A stretch of DNA of 64,000 bases from an uncultured delta proteobacterium (GTDB taxonomy: Bacteria; Desulfobacterota; Desulfobacteria; Desulfobacterales; B30-G6), in assembly GCA_963823335.1 (NCBI GenBank), contig CAWGLD010000001.1, positions 576,001 to 640,000 on the forward strand, written 5' to 3'. Numbering within the stretch: the stretch's first letter is position 1; each line of letters opens with the position of its first letter. Below are positions 19,684 to 32,617 of the stretch, piece by piece. A model generated the notes under the pieces. That model was given only the letters and a program-made list of their open reading frames with translations, was not told the DNA's origin and made no database searches. The translations under genes and the position numbers were made by a program.

Positions 19684-20694
19684 TTGAAATCTGTTAGCCA
19701 GTCTAAAATACGCGGCGCTCTTTTAGGGCTTGGCATAGGCGACGCACTTTCCATGCCGGTCCACTGGTATTACAATCGCTGGGCGCTTGAAAATGATTAT
19801 GGACAGGTCGTGGATTATCTAAAACCGCGCAACCCCCATCCGGACAGCATCCTCTGGCGTTCCCAGTACAAAGCGTCTAATGCCAGGGGCGAAATCCTTC
19901 ACGACCAGGCGCAATACTGGGGTAAAAGAGGCCTACACTATCACCAATTTCTGAAAGCGGGAGAAAACACCTTAAATGTCAAAATTTGTCGACTGCTCGT
20001 CGATTCTTTGAATCAAAATCGGGCTTATGACGCCAACGATTTTCTAAACAAATACATCGCCTTTATGACGACCCCAAACAGCCATCGCGACACCTACATC
20101 GAAGAGTATCACCGCAATTTCTTTGCTAACTACGCGTCCGGGATTGCGCCACATAAATGCGGTGTTGAAGAAAAGCATATCGGTGGGCTGGTGGGCATCG
20201 TTCCCGTTATAACTTTTTATGCCAATCATCCGCAGCAGGCACAAGAGCATGCCCTGGAACACCTGGCTTTGACACATCCCGGCAAGAAAATGGAAGTTTC
20301 GGCATCTTTGATCATCGATATTTTGCTACAGGTATTTGACGGCAATCCTCTGCAGGAGGTGATTTTGGGACAACTGCAGGTTCAAAACAATCCTTTGCTG
20401 GGTCACCCATTTACGAAGCTGCTGAAGGAACCGGATGAAACGGTCATTGGGAAGTATTTCAGTACCGCCTGCTATGTCGAGGACGCCGTTCCAGCCGTCA
20501 TCTATCTGGCTTTAAAATATCATCAGGATCCGGAAAAAGCGCTGGTCGTGAATACCAACCTGGGCGGTGACAATGCCGGTCGCGGAGCGGTTTTAGGGGC
20601 GCTGCTCGGTGCCGCCCACGGTACCGATAAATTTCCAGAACGCTGGGTCGGCGGGCTTGTGGAGCCCTTGCCAGATTTTATTAACGTCTTCTAA
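19684..20694 (+). CDS. ADP-ribosylglycohydrolase family protein
   Basis: GALLGLGIGDALSMP, LTH and NLGGDN..R.AVLGALLGA motifs; start chosen from the AGGAG RBS. Confidence 0.9.
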   Translation: MKSVSQSKIRGALLGLGIGDALSMPVHWYYNRWALENDYGQVVDYLKPRNPHPDSILWRSQYKASNARGEILHDQAQYWGKRGLHYHQFLKAGENTLNVKICRLLVDSLNQNRAYDANDFLNKYIAFMTTPNSHRDTYIEEYHRNFFANYASGIAPHKCGVEEKHIGGLVGIVPVITFYANHPQQAQEHALEHLALTHPGKKMEVSASLIIDILLQVFDGNPLQEVILGQLQVQNNPLLGHPFTKLLKEPDETVIGKYFSTACYVEDAVPAVIYLALKYHQDPEKALVVNTNLGGDNAGRGAVLGALLGAAHGTDKFPERWVGGLVEPLPDFINVF

Positions 20695-20721
20695 TGAAAT
20701 TATAAACCAGGAGATTAAATC

Positions 20722-21489
20722 ATGAAACTCAATAATAAAATTGCCCTGATAACTGGGGGCAGCAGAGGTCTGGGTAGAAATTCGGCTATGCGTCTTGCTG
20801 AAAATGGAGCTGATGTGATCATTACCTACCACCAACAAAAGGACGCAGCCGATATCGTGGTCAAGGAAATTGAAAAACAGTACCAAAGAAATGCGACAGC
20901 CCTGCAGCTCGACGTCGGACACGTCGGTTCCTTTGATAATTTTATGGATCGGGTATCAGATGTCCTGAAAAACAATTGGCACGCCCAGAGGTTTGACTTT
21001 CTGATCAACAATGCGGGCATAGGAACGCGCGCAGCTATCGATCAAACGACCGAGGAAGTCTTTGACAACCTGTTCAATGTACATTTCAAAGGCGTTTATT
21101 TCTTGACACAAAAAGCGATCCCGATAATGAATGACAATGGATGTGTCGTTAATATTTCTTCCGGGCTGACACGGTTTTCAATGCCGGGCCAGAGTGCCTA
21201 TGCATCCATGAAAGGCGCGATTGAAGTTTTCACAAAGTACATTGCAAAGGAAATGGCGCCCAGAGGTATCAGGGCCAACCTGGTGGCGCCGGGAGCCATT
21301 GAGACGGACTTCACCAAGCCCGCCTTTGATGCCAATCCCCAGATAAGGGAAATGATTGCCGCGCAAACGGCATTGGGACGGGTCGGTGTCCCGGACGATA
21401 TCGGTGGCGTTGTCGCATTCCTGTGCTCCGAGGAAGCACGCTGGTTAAATGGTCAGAGATTGGAGGTGTCCGGGGGTATTTTTCTGTAA
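20722..21489 (+). CDS. SDR family oxidoreductase
   Basis: TGGSRGLG, NNAG and YASMK motifs. Confidence 0.95.
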   Translation: MKLNNKIALITGGSRGLGRNSAMRLAENGADVIITYHQQKDAADIVVKEIEKQYQRNATALQLDVGHVGSFDNFMDRVSDVLKNNWHAQRFDFLINNAGIGTRAAIDQTTEEVFDNLFNVHFKGVYFLTQKAIPIMNDNGCVVNISSGLTRFSMPGQSAYASMKGAIEVFTKYIAKEMAPRGIRANLVAPGAIETDFTKPAFDANPQIREMIAAQTALGRVGVPDDIGGVVAFLCSEEARWLNGQRLEVSGGIFL

Positions 21490-21589
21490 ATCTGGTTTCG
21501 AACGCTGGATGGTAAAAACACACCACGAGCACTATCGGTGATAGGGATACGATTAACAATTTCTTTAGATTGAAATAATTGATTATCAA

Positions 21590-21675
21590 ATGCGCACATA
21601 CGATTTTATCATTGTCGGCTTAGGCACGGCCGGTGCGGCAACTTGCATGACACTGACCCGTCGGGGGTATAGGCG
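21590..21675 (+). pseudogene. N-terminal stub of a sarcosine-oxidase/SolA-like flavoprotein
   Basis: YDFIIVGLGTAGAAT...RRGYR Rossmann start followed by unrelated sequence. Confidence 0.7.
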
Positions 21676-21789
21676 TGTAAAAACTTCGTCATATTTCATG
21701 CAGGATTCAGGCAACAAACAATTGCCGAACGACAAATACTACAGCTGTAGGAACCTGAAATATCGTATAAGTTCAAAAGGAGGCATCTC

Positions 21790-22446
21790 ATGCTGAAACT
21801 GGGTGAAAAAGGCGCCATATTGCAACGTGACAAAAAAACGTATGCTATTGCCCCCCATATTCCCTGCGGGGTGGTCACACCGGAGCTGCTGCGCCGGATC
21901 GCCGATGTAAGCGAAAGATACAATGCCCAGACCATCAAGATCACCGGGGCTACCCGTATCGCCATCATCGGCATCCAAGAGGAAGACGTAGATCAGATCT
22001 GGCAGGAGATCCAGCTTGATAAAGGCGCGGCCGTAGGACTCTGCGTGCGTAGTATTCGTTCGTGCCCTGGGTCCACTTACTGCCGTCTGGGCAAACAAGA
22101 TGCCCTGGGCATCGGCATGGAACTCGACAAGCGCTATCACGCCAAGAGTCTTCCCGGCAAATTCAAAATGGCGATATCCGGATGCCATCTGAGTTGTGCT
22201 GAATCCTGGGTGAGGGATATCGGCCTGATCGGTCTGAAAGAAGGCTGGCAGGTGGTCATCGGCGGGAATGTGGGCGCGGAGCCGCGCATTGCCCAGGAGG
22301 TCGCTTCCGGTATTGACGATGCCGGCATCCTGCAAGCGGTAGATAAAATAGTTCTATGCTATCAGGAATCTGCCCAAAAAGGCGAGCGTCTGGGAAAAAC
22401 CATCGGCCGGATCGGTCTGGAGCCTTTTAAGACAGCTTTGCAGTAA
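21790..22446 (+). CDS. Small siroheme/4Fe-4S nitrite/sulfite reductase-like protein
   Basis: PHIPCG, CPGSTYC, LPGKFKMAISGC...C and GERLG motifs. Confidence 0.88.
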   Translation: MLKLGEKGAILQRDKKTYAIAPHIPCGVVTPELLRRIADVSERYNAQTIKITGATRIAIIGIQEEDVDQIWQEIQLDKGAAVGLCVRSIRSCPGSTYCRLGKQDALGIGMELDKRYHAKSLPGKFKMAISGCHLSCAESWVRDIGLIGLKEGWQVVIGGNVGAEPRIAQEVASGIDDAGILQAVDKIVLCYQESAQKGERLGKTIGRIGLEPFKTALQ

Positions 22447-22524
22447 ATGGAAACCCAAGGATCTATCGAATCGGAAAGCATGGATCAGACCATTGCACGA
22501 AGAAGTTGCGTATTGTTGGATTTC

Positions 22525-22540
22525 TGGCACAATATGAGCA
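22525..22540 (+). promoter_or_regulatory. Possible sigma54 -24/-12 element before fadH
   Basis: TGGCAC-AATAT-GAGCA (GG-N10-GC). Confidence 0.3.
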
Positions 22541-22563
22541 TTGATTCAACATCACCCGATTAA

Positions 22564-24612
<2,049 letters not shown>

Positions 24613-24691
24613 GTTGCCGAAATAAAAGCAAGATGACACGTGCAGATCTTATCGTATCGTGTTAACCGCTTTCCAATGAAAACAACAGAAG

Positions 24692-25648
24692 TTGCAGAAG
24701 GCCGCCAAAACACAACAACAAAATTTGCATGAAAGGTCCGTCGTGATTCGTTGGGGTTTGTGTTGCATATTTCGTGAAGCGCCGATAAGGTTCCGCCGTA
24801 CGACAGCAAAATACGTAAGCAAGCTATCGTCGGATGAGCAAAAGCGTCATCTTTCCGGTATTTGCCTGCATAATGCGAATTCTCTTCTCGAAGCACTTCA
24901 CTTTTGCCGGCAAAACGGGATCAAGGCCTTTCGTATCAACAGCCAGATTTTGCCGCTCAAAACGCATCCACAGTTCGGCTATGACATCGAAAGGCTGCCC
25001 GAATCATCGAAAATTGTAAAAACATTTAAAAAATGCGGGGCCTACGGCCGCCGGCACCATCTACGTTTAAGCTTTCACCCCGATCAGTTTATTTTGCTGT
25101 CTTCGCCCAATCCGGATGTCACCCGCCGTTCCATTGCCGATCTGCAATATCAGGCGGAAGTGGCGAAGTGGGTCAAGGCCGATGTCATCAATATTCATGC
25201 TGGCGGGGCCTACGGCAACAAAGACAAAACCCTGCAGCGCCTGTCCGATCGCATCTCGAATTTGCCGCAGGACGTTCGCCAAATGCTGACCTTGGAAAAC
25301 GATGATCGGCTTTATACCCCTCGTGAATTGCTGCCGGTTTGCGAAACATTGGCAATACCAATGGTATACGACGTGCACCATCATCGCTGCCTGCCCGATG
25401 GTCTCAGTGTTGAAGAGACCACGCAAAGGGCGCTTAAAACCTGGAACCGCGAGCCGCTTTTTCATATATCAAGCCCCCTGAACCCTTGGGGGTCTGGGAA
25501 CCCGAGAAGTCATCATGATTATGTCAATCCCGATGATTTCCCGGAATCCTGGCTGAAACTGGATATTACTCTGGATGTTGAGGCAAAAGCCAAAGAGCTG
25601 GCTGTTCTCAAATTGATGCAAGAGATTGACATAAGACAAAAGAAGTGA
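24692..25648 (+). CDS. uvsE: UV DNA damage endonuclease (start uncertain)
   Basis: RLSFHPDQF, LENDDR, YDVHHH and VEAKAKE motifs. Confidence 0.93.
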   Translation: MQKAAKTQQQNLHERSVVIRWGLCCIFREAPIRFRRTTAKYVSKLSSDEQKRHLSGICLHNANSLLEALHFCRQNGIKAFRINSQILPLKTHPQFGYDIERLPESSKIVKTFKKCGAYGRRHHLRLSFHPDQFILLSSPNPDVTRRSIADLQYQAEVAKWVKADVINIHAGGAYGNKDKTLQRLSDRISNLPQDVRQMLTLENDDRLYTPRELLPVCETLAIPMVYDVHHHRCLPDGLSVEETTQRALKTWNREPLFHISSPLNPWGSGNPRSHHDYVNPDDFPESWLKLDITLDVEAKAKELAVLKLMQEIDIRQKK

Positions 25649-25867
25649 GCCTCACCATCCTGAGCCACAAAGGTTTAAACAGATTTTTTTTCGGTTTCAG
25701 CTCTTTTCGTTCGGAAAATTTTCACACGACTGAAGAGACAATAGGCTTACATCTTGAAAAAGTGGCCAAAACACAATCGAGACATTATTTTATTCATAGA
25801 TAGAAACAAACCAAAACTGTGAATCGATTGTTGATACACAAAAACGTGCAATTGAAGAGGAGAAAAA

Positions 25868-26359
25868 ATGGACTACAATTTTACTGCAGACGAGATCTTT
25901 GAAGTCGCCGTCCGGATTGAAGCCAACGGTGCAAGCTTCTACCGCAAAGCAGCAGCGAACCAATCTGAGGACATCAACCGTTCTTTCTTGGAGCAGCTGG
26001 CGAAGATGGAGGATCATCATCAGTCAACCTTTAAAAATATGAGATCAACTCTCAAACCAAACGAAAAACAGACTACGGTTTTCGATCCCAATCAAGAAAC
26101 CGCTCAATACCTGGCCGTCATGGCCGACACTCACGGTGGAGAGGGCAGTCCAACGGCTGCAGATTCCCTGACTGGAAATGAAACCATCCAGGAAATTATC
26201 GATATCGCCATCGGATTAGAAAAGGAATCCATCCTGTTTTATCTGGGTTTGAAAGACTTCGTCCCGCCTGAGTACGGACAGGATAAACTGGATCGCATTA
26301 TACGTGAAGAACAGCGGCACATCGTACAGCTCAACGGCTTTCGCAAAAAGGTGTTGTAG
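25868..26359 (+). CDS. Ferritin-like/rubrerythrin family protein
   Basis: IEANG..FY, EDHH, EKESILFY and EEQRH motifs. Confidence 0.9.
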   Translation: MDYNFTADEIFEVAVRIEANGASFYRKAAANQSEDINRSFLEQLAKMEDHHQSTFKNMRSTLKPNEKQTTVFDPNQETAQYLAVMADTHGGEGSPTAADSLTGNETIQEIIDIAIGLEKESILFYLGLKDFVPPEYGQDKLDRIIREEQRHIVQLNGFRKKVL

Positions 26360-26390
26360 CCATCCCCAAGTTAGTGCCAACTAAAAGCAG

Positions 26391-26459
26391 AGGGGTCAAG
26401 TCTACTCTTAAAAGGGGTCATAAAACATAAAAAGGGGTCAAGTCTACTCTTGACTCTTT
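26391..26459. repeat. REP-like repeat AGGGGTCAAGTCTACTCTT (two copies plus a partial one)
   Basis: Identical 19-mers at 26391 and 26433; the second extends into a hairpin. Confidence 0.7.
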
Positions 26460-26521
26460 TCCAGATGACCTCCCAGATTTCTTTTTGAAACGATTTCTAT
26501 GTTTTTCTGTACCCGCACCGA

Positions 26522-26670
26522 TTACCACAGGCGTTTGTTAGCGAAGGCTTTTCCGGAGTGCGATTTCATATATTTCTCGAATGCCAGGGCTTTTTGGCGA
26601 GACTGGAAGGCTGCATAGGAAATGAGCTCCCATGGTTTGTACTTGGAGGTATGGGGTGATTGACCATTGT
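26522..26670 (-). pseudogene. C-terminal remnant of a GIY-YIG nuclease
   Basis: [17 protein letters not shown]...ALAFEKYMKSHSGKAF; N-terminus missing. Confidence 0.8.
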
Positions 26671-26679
26671 TGTGCGCGA

Positions 26680-27789
26680 CAACATCAACCAATATGAATG
26701 CCAACGAGGTCATTGCCAATCGCGGGCTCGAACTGATGGGTTTTACCAAAGGGGACTACCAGCACCTGCACCCCAATGACCATGTCAACTGCTCACAGTC
26801 AACCAATGATGCCTATCCGACCGCCATCAAGCTCGGGGTTCTGCTTTCCCATCGTAGACCTGACCCGTGCCATGGTCGAGCTGCGCGAGTCTCTTGAAGA
26901 GAAAGCTGAAGAGTTCAGTGATGTCCTCAAGATGGGCCGTACCGAGAACCAGGATGCCGTACCAATGACCCTTGGCCAGGAATTCAGTGCCTACGCCGTG
27001 ATGATCGATAGTGCCAGTAAAGCGCTCGAACGTGCCGCCGATGAGTTTCTCAATATCAATATGGGCGCAACGGCAATAGGTACAGGCATCAATAGTCCGC
27101 CGGGTTACGCTAACCTGGTTACTAAAAAACTTTCTGAAGTGAGTGGGTTTGAACTGAGACGGGCCGGCAATCTGGTAGAAGCAACACAGAATGCAGGCAC
27201 CTTTGTGCAGATGTCGGCTACCTTAAAAAGGGCCGCTGTACAGATTTCCAAGATCTGCAATGATCTGCGCTGGTTGTCATCGGGCCCCCGCTGCGGCCTC
27301 AATGAAATCAACCTGCCGGCCATGCAGCCGGGCTCTTCCATTATGCCCGGAAAAGTCAATCCGGTTATTCCTGAACTGGTCAACCAGATCTGTTATCAGG
27401 TTATGGGCTACGATGCTGTGGTGTCAATGGCCGCCGAGGCAAGTGAGCTGGAACTTTGTATGGCCGAGCCAATTATCGCCTATGATCTGCTGCATGGCAT
27501 GATGATTCTCAAGAACGGCTGTGTAACCCTGGTCTCTCGCTGCATTACAGGAATCGAAGCGAACCGTGATATCTGCCGCGGCTACGTCGAACAAAGCATC
27601 GGCCTGGTGACTGCCCTGGTGCCGGTCATCGGTTATGAAGCATCAGCAGCGATTGCCAAAGAGGCCCTGAAAACCGGAGGCAGTGTCTACGAGCTTGTTC
27701 TATCCAAAGGGTTGCTCTCCAAGGAAGAACTCGACGATATGCTCCGTCCGGAGAACATGACCGATCCGAGGGAAATTCCCCACAAATAG
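26680..27789 (+). pseudogene. aspA: Aspartate ammonia-lyase, 5'-truncated and frameshifted near 26855
   Basis: [14 protein letters not shown]...[18 protein letters not shown] in one frame; KMGRT..QDAVP and GSSIMPGKVNP in another. Confidence 0.88.
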
Positions 27790-27800
27790 CCTGTCAGTCA

Positions 27801-27835
27801 AAGCCGCTATCTGTTACCCGCTCAGATAGCGGCTT
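27801..27835. terminator. Hairpin after aspA
   Basis: 13-bp perfect stem AAGCCGCTATCTG/CAGATAGCGGCTT. Confidence 0.65.
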
Positions 27836-27868
27836 AGGTCTATATCTTTAACCAAACAAATTTTCACT

Positions 27869-28376
27869 ATGGATCCTGTTTTTCTTCTTACTGTTCTTTT
27901 CATTATAGGTCTTGTGGTCGAAGCAATGACCGGAGCCATCACTGCTGGTGATGACCTCGATTGCTGCACTGATTATGGTTATGATTGCTCGATATTTTCG
28001 AAAACTCAGCTGGTTGTTCCTGTCTCTTGATGCTCTTGGTCTGATCACCTTCAGTATCGTCGGCGCAATGCGCGCTATGGACATGGGTTTTGGTATGGGG
28101 GTTGCTTCTATTGCGGGAATCACCACAGGAGTGTTTGGTGGGATCCTGCGTGATATGCTCTGTAATCGCATCCCGCTGGCCTTTCAAAAAGAACTTTACG
28201 CCAGTGTTTCTATTGCTTCAGTATGGTTATACCTGATTCTGCATCATTATGGAGTCGCTGCATCAATCTCGGTTACTGTTACTCTGATATTTGGCTTTTG
28301 CCTTCGTATGCTGGCTGTAAAGTATGACTGGAATATTCCACGGTTCGTGTATGAGGCAAAGATGTCTGAGCAATAA
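27869..28376 (+). pseudogene. UPF0126/TRIC (YicG/YadS-like) membrane protein with an internal out-of-frame deletion
   Basis: MDPVFLLTVLFIIGLVVEAMTGAITAG from 27869; a different frame then gives LDALGL...TGVFGGILRD...ELYA. The first GGG..RD repeat is missing. Confidence 0.8.
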
Positions 28377-28835
28377 ATTCTCGGATGCCTTTTTCATCGC
28401 CCGTCGAATGGCCTTCTGGCTTGATTGTCTGAACTATCTGAGCCCCGGCATCAGCTCAACAGACACTCCAGCCCACTCACCATATCATTTCTAAAGGGTT
28501 GAATATCCCCCAGAAATATGTCAGAGTAATCTCGATACCTTGGTCAATAATAAAGAGATACATCTTTCTGGTGTGGAGCACCATTCCACATTATTGCACA
28601 TGTTATTTTGTAGAGAAAGTCATATGGCCTCATCTTTTTAGGGTTGAATAATTGCTTTTACACAACCGCAAAGATCTCATCAATAAAATGGTAATGTATT
28701 TTAAAGAATAACGAAGAGTTAGGGCAAATATCCGTTTGAGGATAAAACGACCAAGAAACTTATCATTTCTGGACAGACACTAACTCAAGAGAATGAACTG
28801 GAACTGGTATCTTGAGGACTGGAAAAGAACATTTA

Positions 28836-29969
28836 ATGAATGTAACTGCAGAAATTGCTATTCAGCAGGCTTCTGAAGATACCTTGGTCGTAACTCTTTC
28901 CGGACCCTGGACACTGAACCATGCAAGACCCTCAAATAAAACGGTCCGTCATTTTCTAAAAGCATCTCCTGCACTGCGGACAATCAAATTTGATACCCAG
29001 AAACTGACGAACTGGGACTCGGGATTATTGATCTTTGTGAAACGGCTGCGTACTCTCTCTGCAGATACAGGAATAGTAATTGACGTCAGCGGCCTGCCTC
29101 TTGGTGCTCAGCAGTTGATGAAACTTGCAGCTGCTGTACCAGACAAGACTGATGCCCATACGCCACCCAAACGATCCTCCTTTCTGATGATTGTCGGCCA
29201 GGATGTCATTGAGTTTTTCCATTCATCCGGCAAAATCCTGGCATTTATTGGAGAAACGACACTGGCCTTCCTGAGGTTGTTGCGCGGTCACGCCCGGCTT
29301 CGTCGCTCTGATCTATTTCTGATTATTGAAGATTGTGGAGGACGTGCCCTGCCAATTGTGTCCCTGATCAGTTTCCTGGTCGGTCTGATCCTGGCTTTCG
29401 TCGGTGCCATCCAGTTAGAATTATTCGGTGCACAGATTTACGTTGCTGACCTGGTAGGTATTGCCACTGTTCGACTCATGGGGGCTATTATGACCGGTAT
29501 CGTCATGGCGGGGCGGACAGGTGGAGCATTTGCCGCCCAACTCGGCACCATGCAGGTAAACCAGGAGATTGACGCGCTCAAAACCATGGGCATTTCTCCG
29601 ATGGAGTTTTTGGTGCTGCCGCGAATGCTCGCACTCGCAATGATGATGCCCCTGCTTTGCCTGTATGCCAATGTCATGGGAATACTTGGGGGCATGGTTG
29701 TCGGTGTTGGCCTGCTGGATATCGACTTTATTCAATATTTCAACCAGACAGTAGAGGCGGTACGACTCTGGGACTTAGGAATTGGACTTTTCAACAGTAT
29801 AGTTTTCGGCATAATTGTGGCATTATCTGGCTGTATGAGGGGAATGGAGTGTGCCCGGAGTGCATCCGCAGTTGGTGATGCTGCTACATCGGCTGTCGTA
29901 ACAGCAATTGTCGGAATTATAGTTTCAACTGCGGTTATCACGGTAATCTGCGATATACTCGGGATCTGA
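28836..29969 (+). CDS. mlaE: MlaE-family ABC permease with STAS-like N-terminus
   Basis: AGRTGGAFAAQLGTMQVNQEIDAL..MG, LVLPR and VG.AATSAVV motifs. Confidence 0.9.
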   Translation: MNVTAEIAIQQASEDTLVVTLSGPWTLNHARPSNKTVRHFLKASPALRTIKFDTQKLTNWDSGLLIFVKRLRTLSADTGIVIDVSGLPLGAQQLMKLAAAVPDKTDAHTPPKRSSFLMIVGQDVIEFFHSSGKILAFIGETTLAFLRLLRGHARLRRSDLFLIIEDCGGRALPIVSLISFLVGLILAFVGAIQLELFGAQIYVADLVGIATVRLMGAIMTGIVMAGRTGGAFAAQLGTMQVNQEIDALKTMGISPMEFLVLPRMLALAMMMPLLCLYANVMGILGGMVVGVGLLDIDFIQYFNQTVEAVRLWDLGIGLFNSIVFGIIVALSGCMRGMECARSASAVGDAATSAVVTAIVGIIVSTAVITVICDILGI

Positions 29970-30006
29970 TATTTCCGGAGGTAATTCTGAGTATTATCAA
30001 CAAGGA

Positions 30007-30768
30007 ATGATGATTGACAAAAAGGCACATATTACAGTTCGGGACCTGACCGTAGGGTATGGAGACTTTATATTGATGCGTGATTTGTCTTTTACCGTCG
30101 AACATGGCGATATTTTCATTATCATGGGTGGTAGCGGATGCGGTAAAAGTACCATAATGAATATACTCATCGGTCTTAAAAGTCCCAGCAAAGGGAGCGT
30201 GGTGTATGATGCTTTGGATTTCTGGGGATCAGGCCCTGAAGCCCGAGACAAGATTATTCGACGCACTGGAGTAATGTATCAGAGCGGTGCGTTATGGAGT
30301 TCGATGACTTTAGCAGAAAATATCGCCTTGCCTTTGGAAACGTATACACAACTCAGTGTTGCCGAAATACAGGAGGTGGTCGAGCTAAAACTGGAACTCG
30401 TTGGTCTTGCAGGATTTCAGGAGTTTTATCCGTCTGAGATAAGCGGTGGTATGCAGAAACGTGCTGGGATTGCCCGCGCCATGGCTTTGGATCCGGAGAT
30501 CCTCTTTTTTGACGAACCCTCCGCCGGGCTCGACCCTGTTTCGGCCCGTCGCCTTGACGATATGATTCTGGAACTTCGTAACAGCCTCGGTACGACCATG
30601 GTTGTGGTTACCCACGACCTGGCCAGTATCTTCGCAATTGGCAGCAATTCTGTATTCCTTGATGTGGCCAAGCGTACAATGACCGCAACGGGAAATCCCA
30701 ATCAACTGCTTGCTGAAAGCCGCGATCCTACACTGCATATGTTTTTGACTCGAGGTGAAAAACTGTAA
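30007..30768 (+). CDS. mlaF: MlaF-family ABC ATPase
   Basis: GGSGCGKS, ISGGMQKR and FFDEPSAGLDP motifs. Confidence 0.92.
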   Translation: MMIDKKAHITVRDLTVGYGDFILMRDLSFTVEHGDIFIIMGGSGCGKSTIMNILIGLKSPSKGSVVYDALDFWGSGPEARDKIIRRTGVMYQSGALWSSMTLAENIALPLETYTQLSVAEIQEVVELKLELVGLAGFQEFYPSEISGGMQKRAGIARAMALDPEILFFDEPSAGLDPVSARRLDDMILELRNSLGTTMVVVTHDLASIFAIGSNSVFLDVAKRTMTATGNPNQLLAESRDPTLHMFLTRGEKL

Positions 30769-30786
30769 CAATTATGGAGAGAAGAC

Positions 30787-31794
30787 ATGGCAAAACAAGC
30801 TAACACTATGGTGATCGGCGGATTCGTTATCTTGGCTGTCTTCCTGCTGATTTCCAGTATCGTTGTTTTCGGTTCGGGAAATTTTTTCAAGAATATCGAT
30901 GAATATATATTTCACTTTGAGGGTTCTATAAAAGGGCTCAATGTCGGTGCACCAGTGCTGTTCGAAGGTGTAAGGATCGGTAAGGTAACCAGAATAGTGG
31001 CAACTATTGACGAAACTCAACTGACAACTGATATTAAGGTAATCGCTGAAATCTATGGTGACAGCTTTCTCGTTAAAAATGAGTTAGAAGAGAGAGACTC
31101 AAAGGACATAGTGTCGAAACTCATTAACAAGGGATTGCGGGGAAAATTGGCAATCCAGAGTTTAGTCACCGGCCAATTATTGATCGAGCTTGGATATAAT
31201 CCGGGGTCACCGGCTAAAGTTAAAGAGGAAAAATCACACTATATAGAAATACCGACCACATCATCGGACACCGGGCGTTTTTTGAAATCTTTGCAAAATC
31301 TTGACTTTGAAGCGTTGGATAAAACACTTAACAGTGTTTTGAGTGGATTGGATCGCCTGGTTAATGACCCCGCAATCCATTCTGGAGCCAGTTCTCTGAA
31401 TAAAACAATTGATGAATTAATAGGTCTGATCACCAAGATAGACAGCCACGTTGATCCCCTTGCTGAATCGTTACAGGAAACCCTTGGCGACACACGCCGA
31501 CTCTTAAACAATGCGGATCGTCAGGTTGCTCCAGTGAGCGGTGATTTAAAGAAGATTCTTGTGAATTTTAACAAACTTGTTCGTGACACTGACAGCAGTA
31601 TAAAACTGCTGACGAATAATCTCGATTATACCCTTGAAAAACTTAATGGAATAGTTTCCGAAGATAGTCCGCTGATTATAGAAATGCAGGAGACATTGTC
31701 CAAAGTTTCTACTATGTCAAGTTCTATTCGGCAGTTGGCAGACTACCTGGAACGGCACCCCGAGGCACTGTTAAGAGGGAAAGGTCCACAATGA
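30787..31794 (+). CDS. mlaD: MlaD/MCE-domain protein
   Basis: GLNVGAPV.F.GV.IG, helical tail and C-terminal LERHPEALLRGK. Confidence 0.9.
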   Translation: MAKQANTMVIGGFVILAVFLLISSIVVFGSGNFFKNIDEYIFHFEGSIKGLNVGAPVLFEGVRIGKVTRIVATIDETQLTTDIKVIAEIYGDSFLVKNELEERDSKDIVSKLINKGLRGKLAIQSLVTGQLLIELGYNPGSPAKVKEEKSHYIEIPTTSSDTGRFLKSLQNLDFEALDKTLNSVLSGLDRLVNDPAIHSGASSLNKTIDELIGLITKIDSHVDPLAESLQETLGDTRRLLNNADRQVAPVSGDLKKILVNFNKLVRDTDSSIKLLTNNLDYTLEKLNGIVSEDSPLIIEMQETLSKVSTMSSSIRQLADYLERHPEALLRGKGPQ

Positions 31795-31804
31795 GGAGAC
31801 GAAA

Positions 31805-32425
31805 ATGGAGAAAAACTGCCTATTTTATCTGGTGACCATAACCACCACCCTATTCTTCTTTGTTATTGGAGGTTGTGTCGGAAAGAGTCCATCGTCTCGT
31901 TTTTACAGACTCACCTCAATCACAGAAAGTCAGTCGGATGCTCTACCAAAGAATCCGACATCAGATATCGCCGTAGGTATAGGTCCGGTGACCATTGCTG
32001 ATTATATTGACCAGGCAAAGATCGTCACTCGCAGCTCTGATAATGAAATTGAACAAGCCGAGTTTGATCAGTGGAGCGGTTCTTTCAAAAACAATATTAC
32101 TGAGGTGTTAGCCGAAAATATTGGGAGTCTCTTGGGATCTGAGAAGACTTCTATTTTTCCGTGGCGCTCCTATGTTTTCATTGACTATCAGGTTCTTATT
32201 GATGTCATTAGATGTGATGGCCGACTCGGAAAAGATGTGGTGCTTGTTGTGCGCTGGAGCGTACTTAAAAGCAAAGAAAAACAATTGGTTGCTATGAAAC
32301 GAAGCCGCATCAACCAGGCCGTGGACTCTGCTGGATACGCTGCCCTGGTTGCCGCTTATAGCCGCGTTATTGGTGAACTCAGCCGTGAGATAACAGAGAC
32401 GATTCAGGATGATGCGCGAAAATAA
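31805..32425 (+). CDS. PqiC-like ABC auxiliary lipoprotein
   Basis: Lipobox IGGC; VGIGPV...YIDQ..IV; last gene of the MCE operon. Confidence 0.85.
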   Translation: MEKNCLFYLVTITTTLFFFVIGGCVGKSPSSRFYRLTSITESQSDALPKNPTSDIAVGIGPVTIADYIDQAKIVTRSSDNEIEQAEFDQWSGSFKNNITEVLAENIGSLLGSEKTSIFPWRSYVFIDYQVLIDVIRCDGRLGKDVVLVVRWSVLKSKEKQLVAMKRSRINQAVDSAGYAALVAAYSRVIGELSREITETIQDDARK

Positions 32426-32617
32426 GTGCCGGGGCCATGTCAAGGACTTTAACCTGAAAAGGGAGGTTCAGCGAACAGTCAACATATCATAGTGGATCGT
32501 TTTATCGATTGTTGCACCCGAAGGAATACCAAAGTGGTACGAAGGATCATTTCAGTTGAAATGCCATCAGGAGAACCTTTTAAAATCAAAAAACATTTGA
32601 ACGTAACTTGCGGCGGG

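Noticed and set aside
26850-26860. Programmed frameshift in aspA
   Set aside because: No slippery sequence, and the gene also lacks its 5' end.
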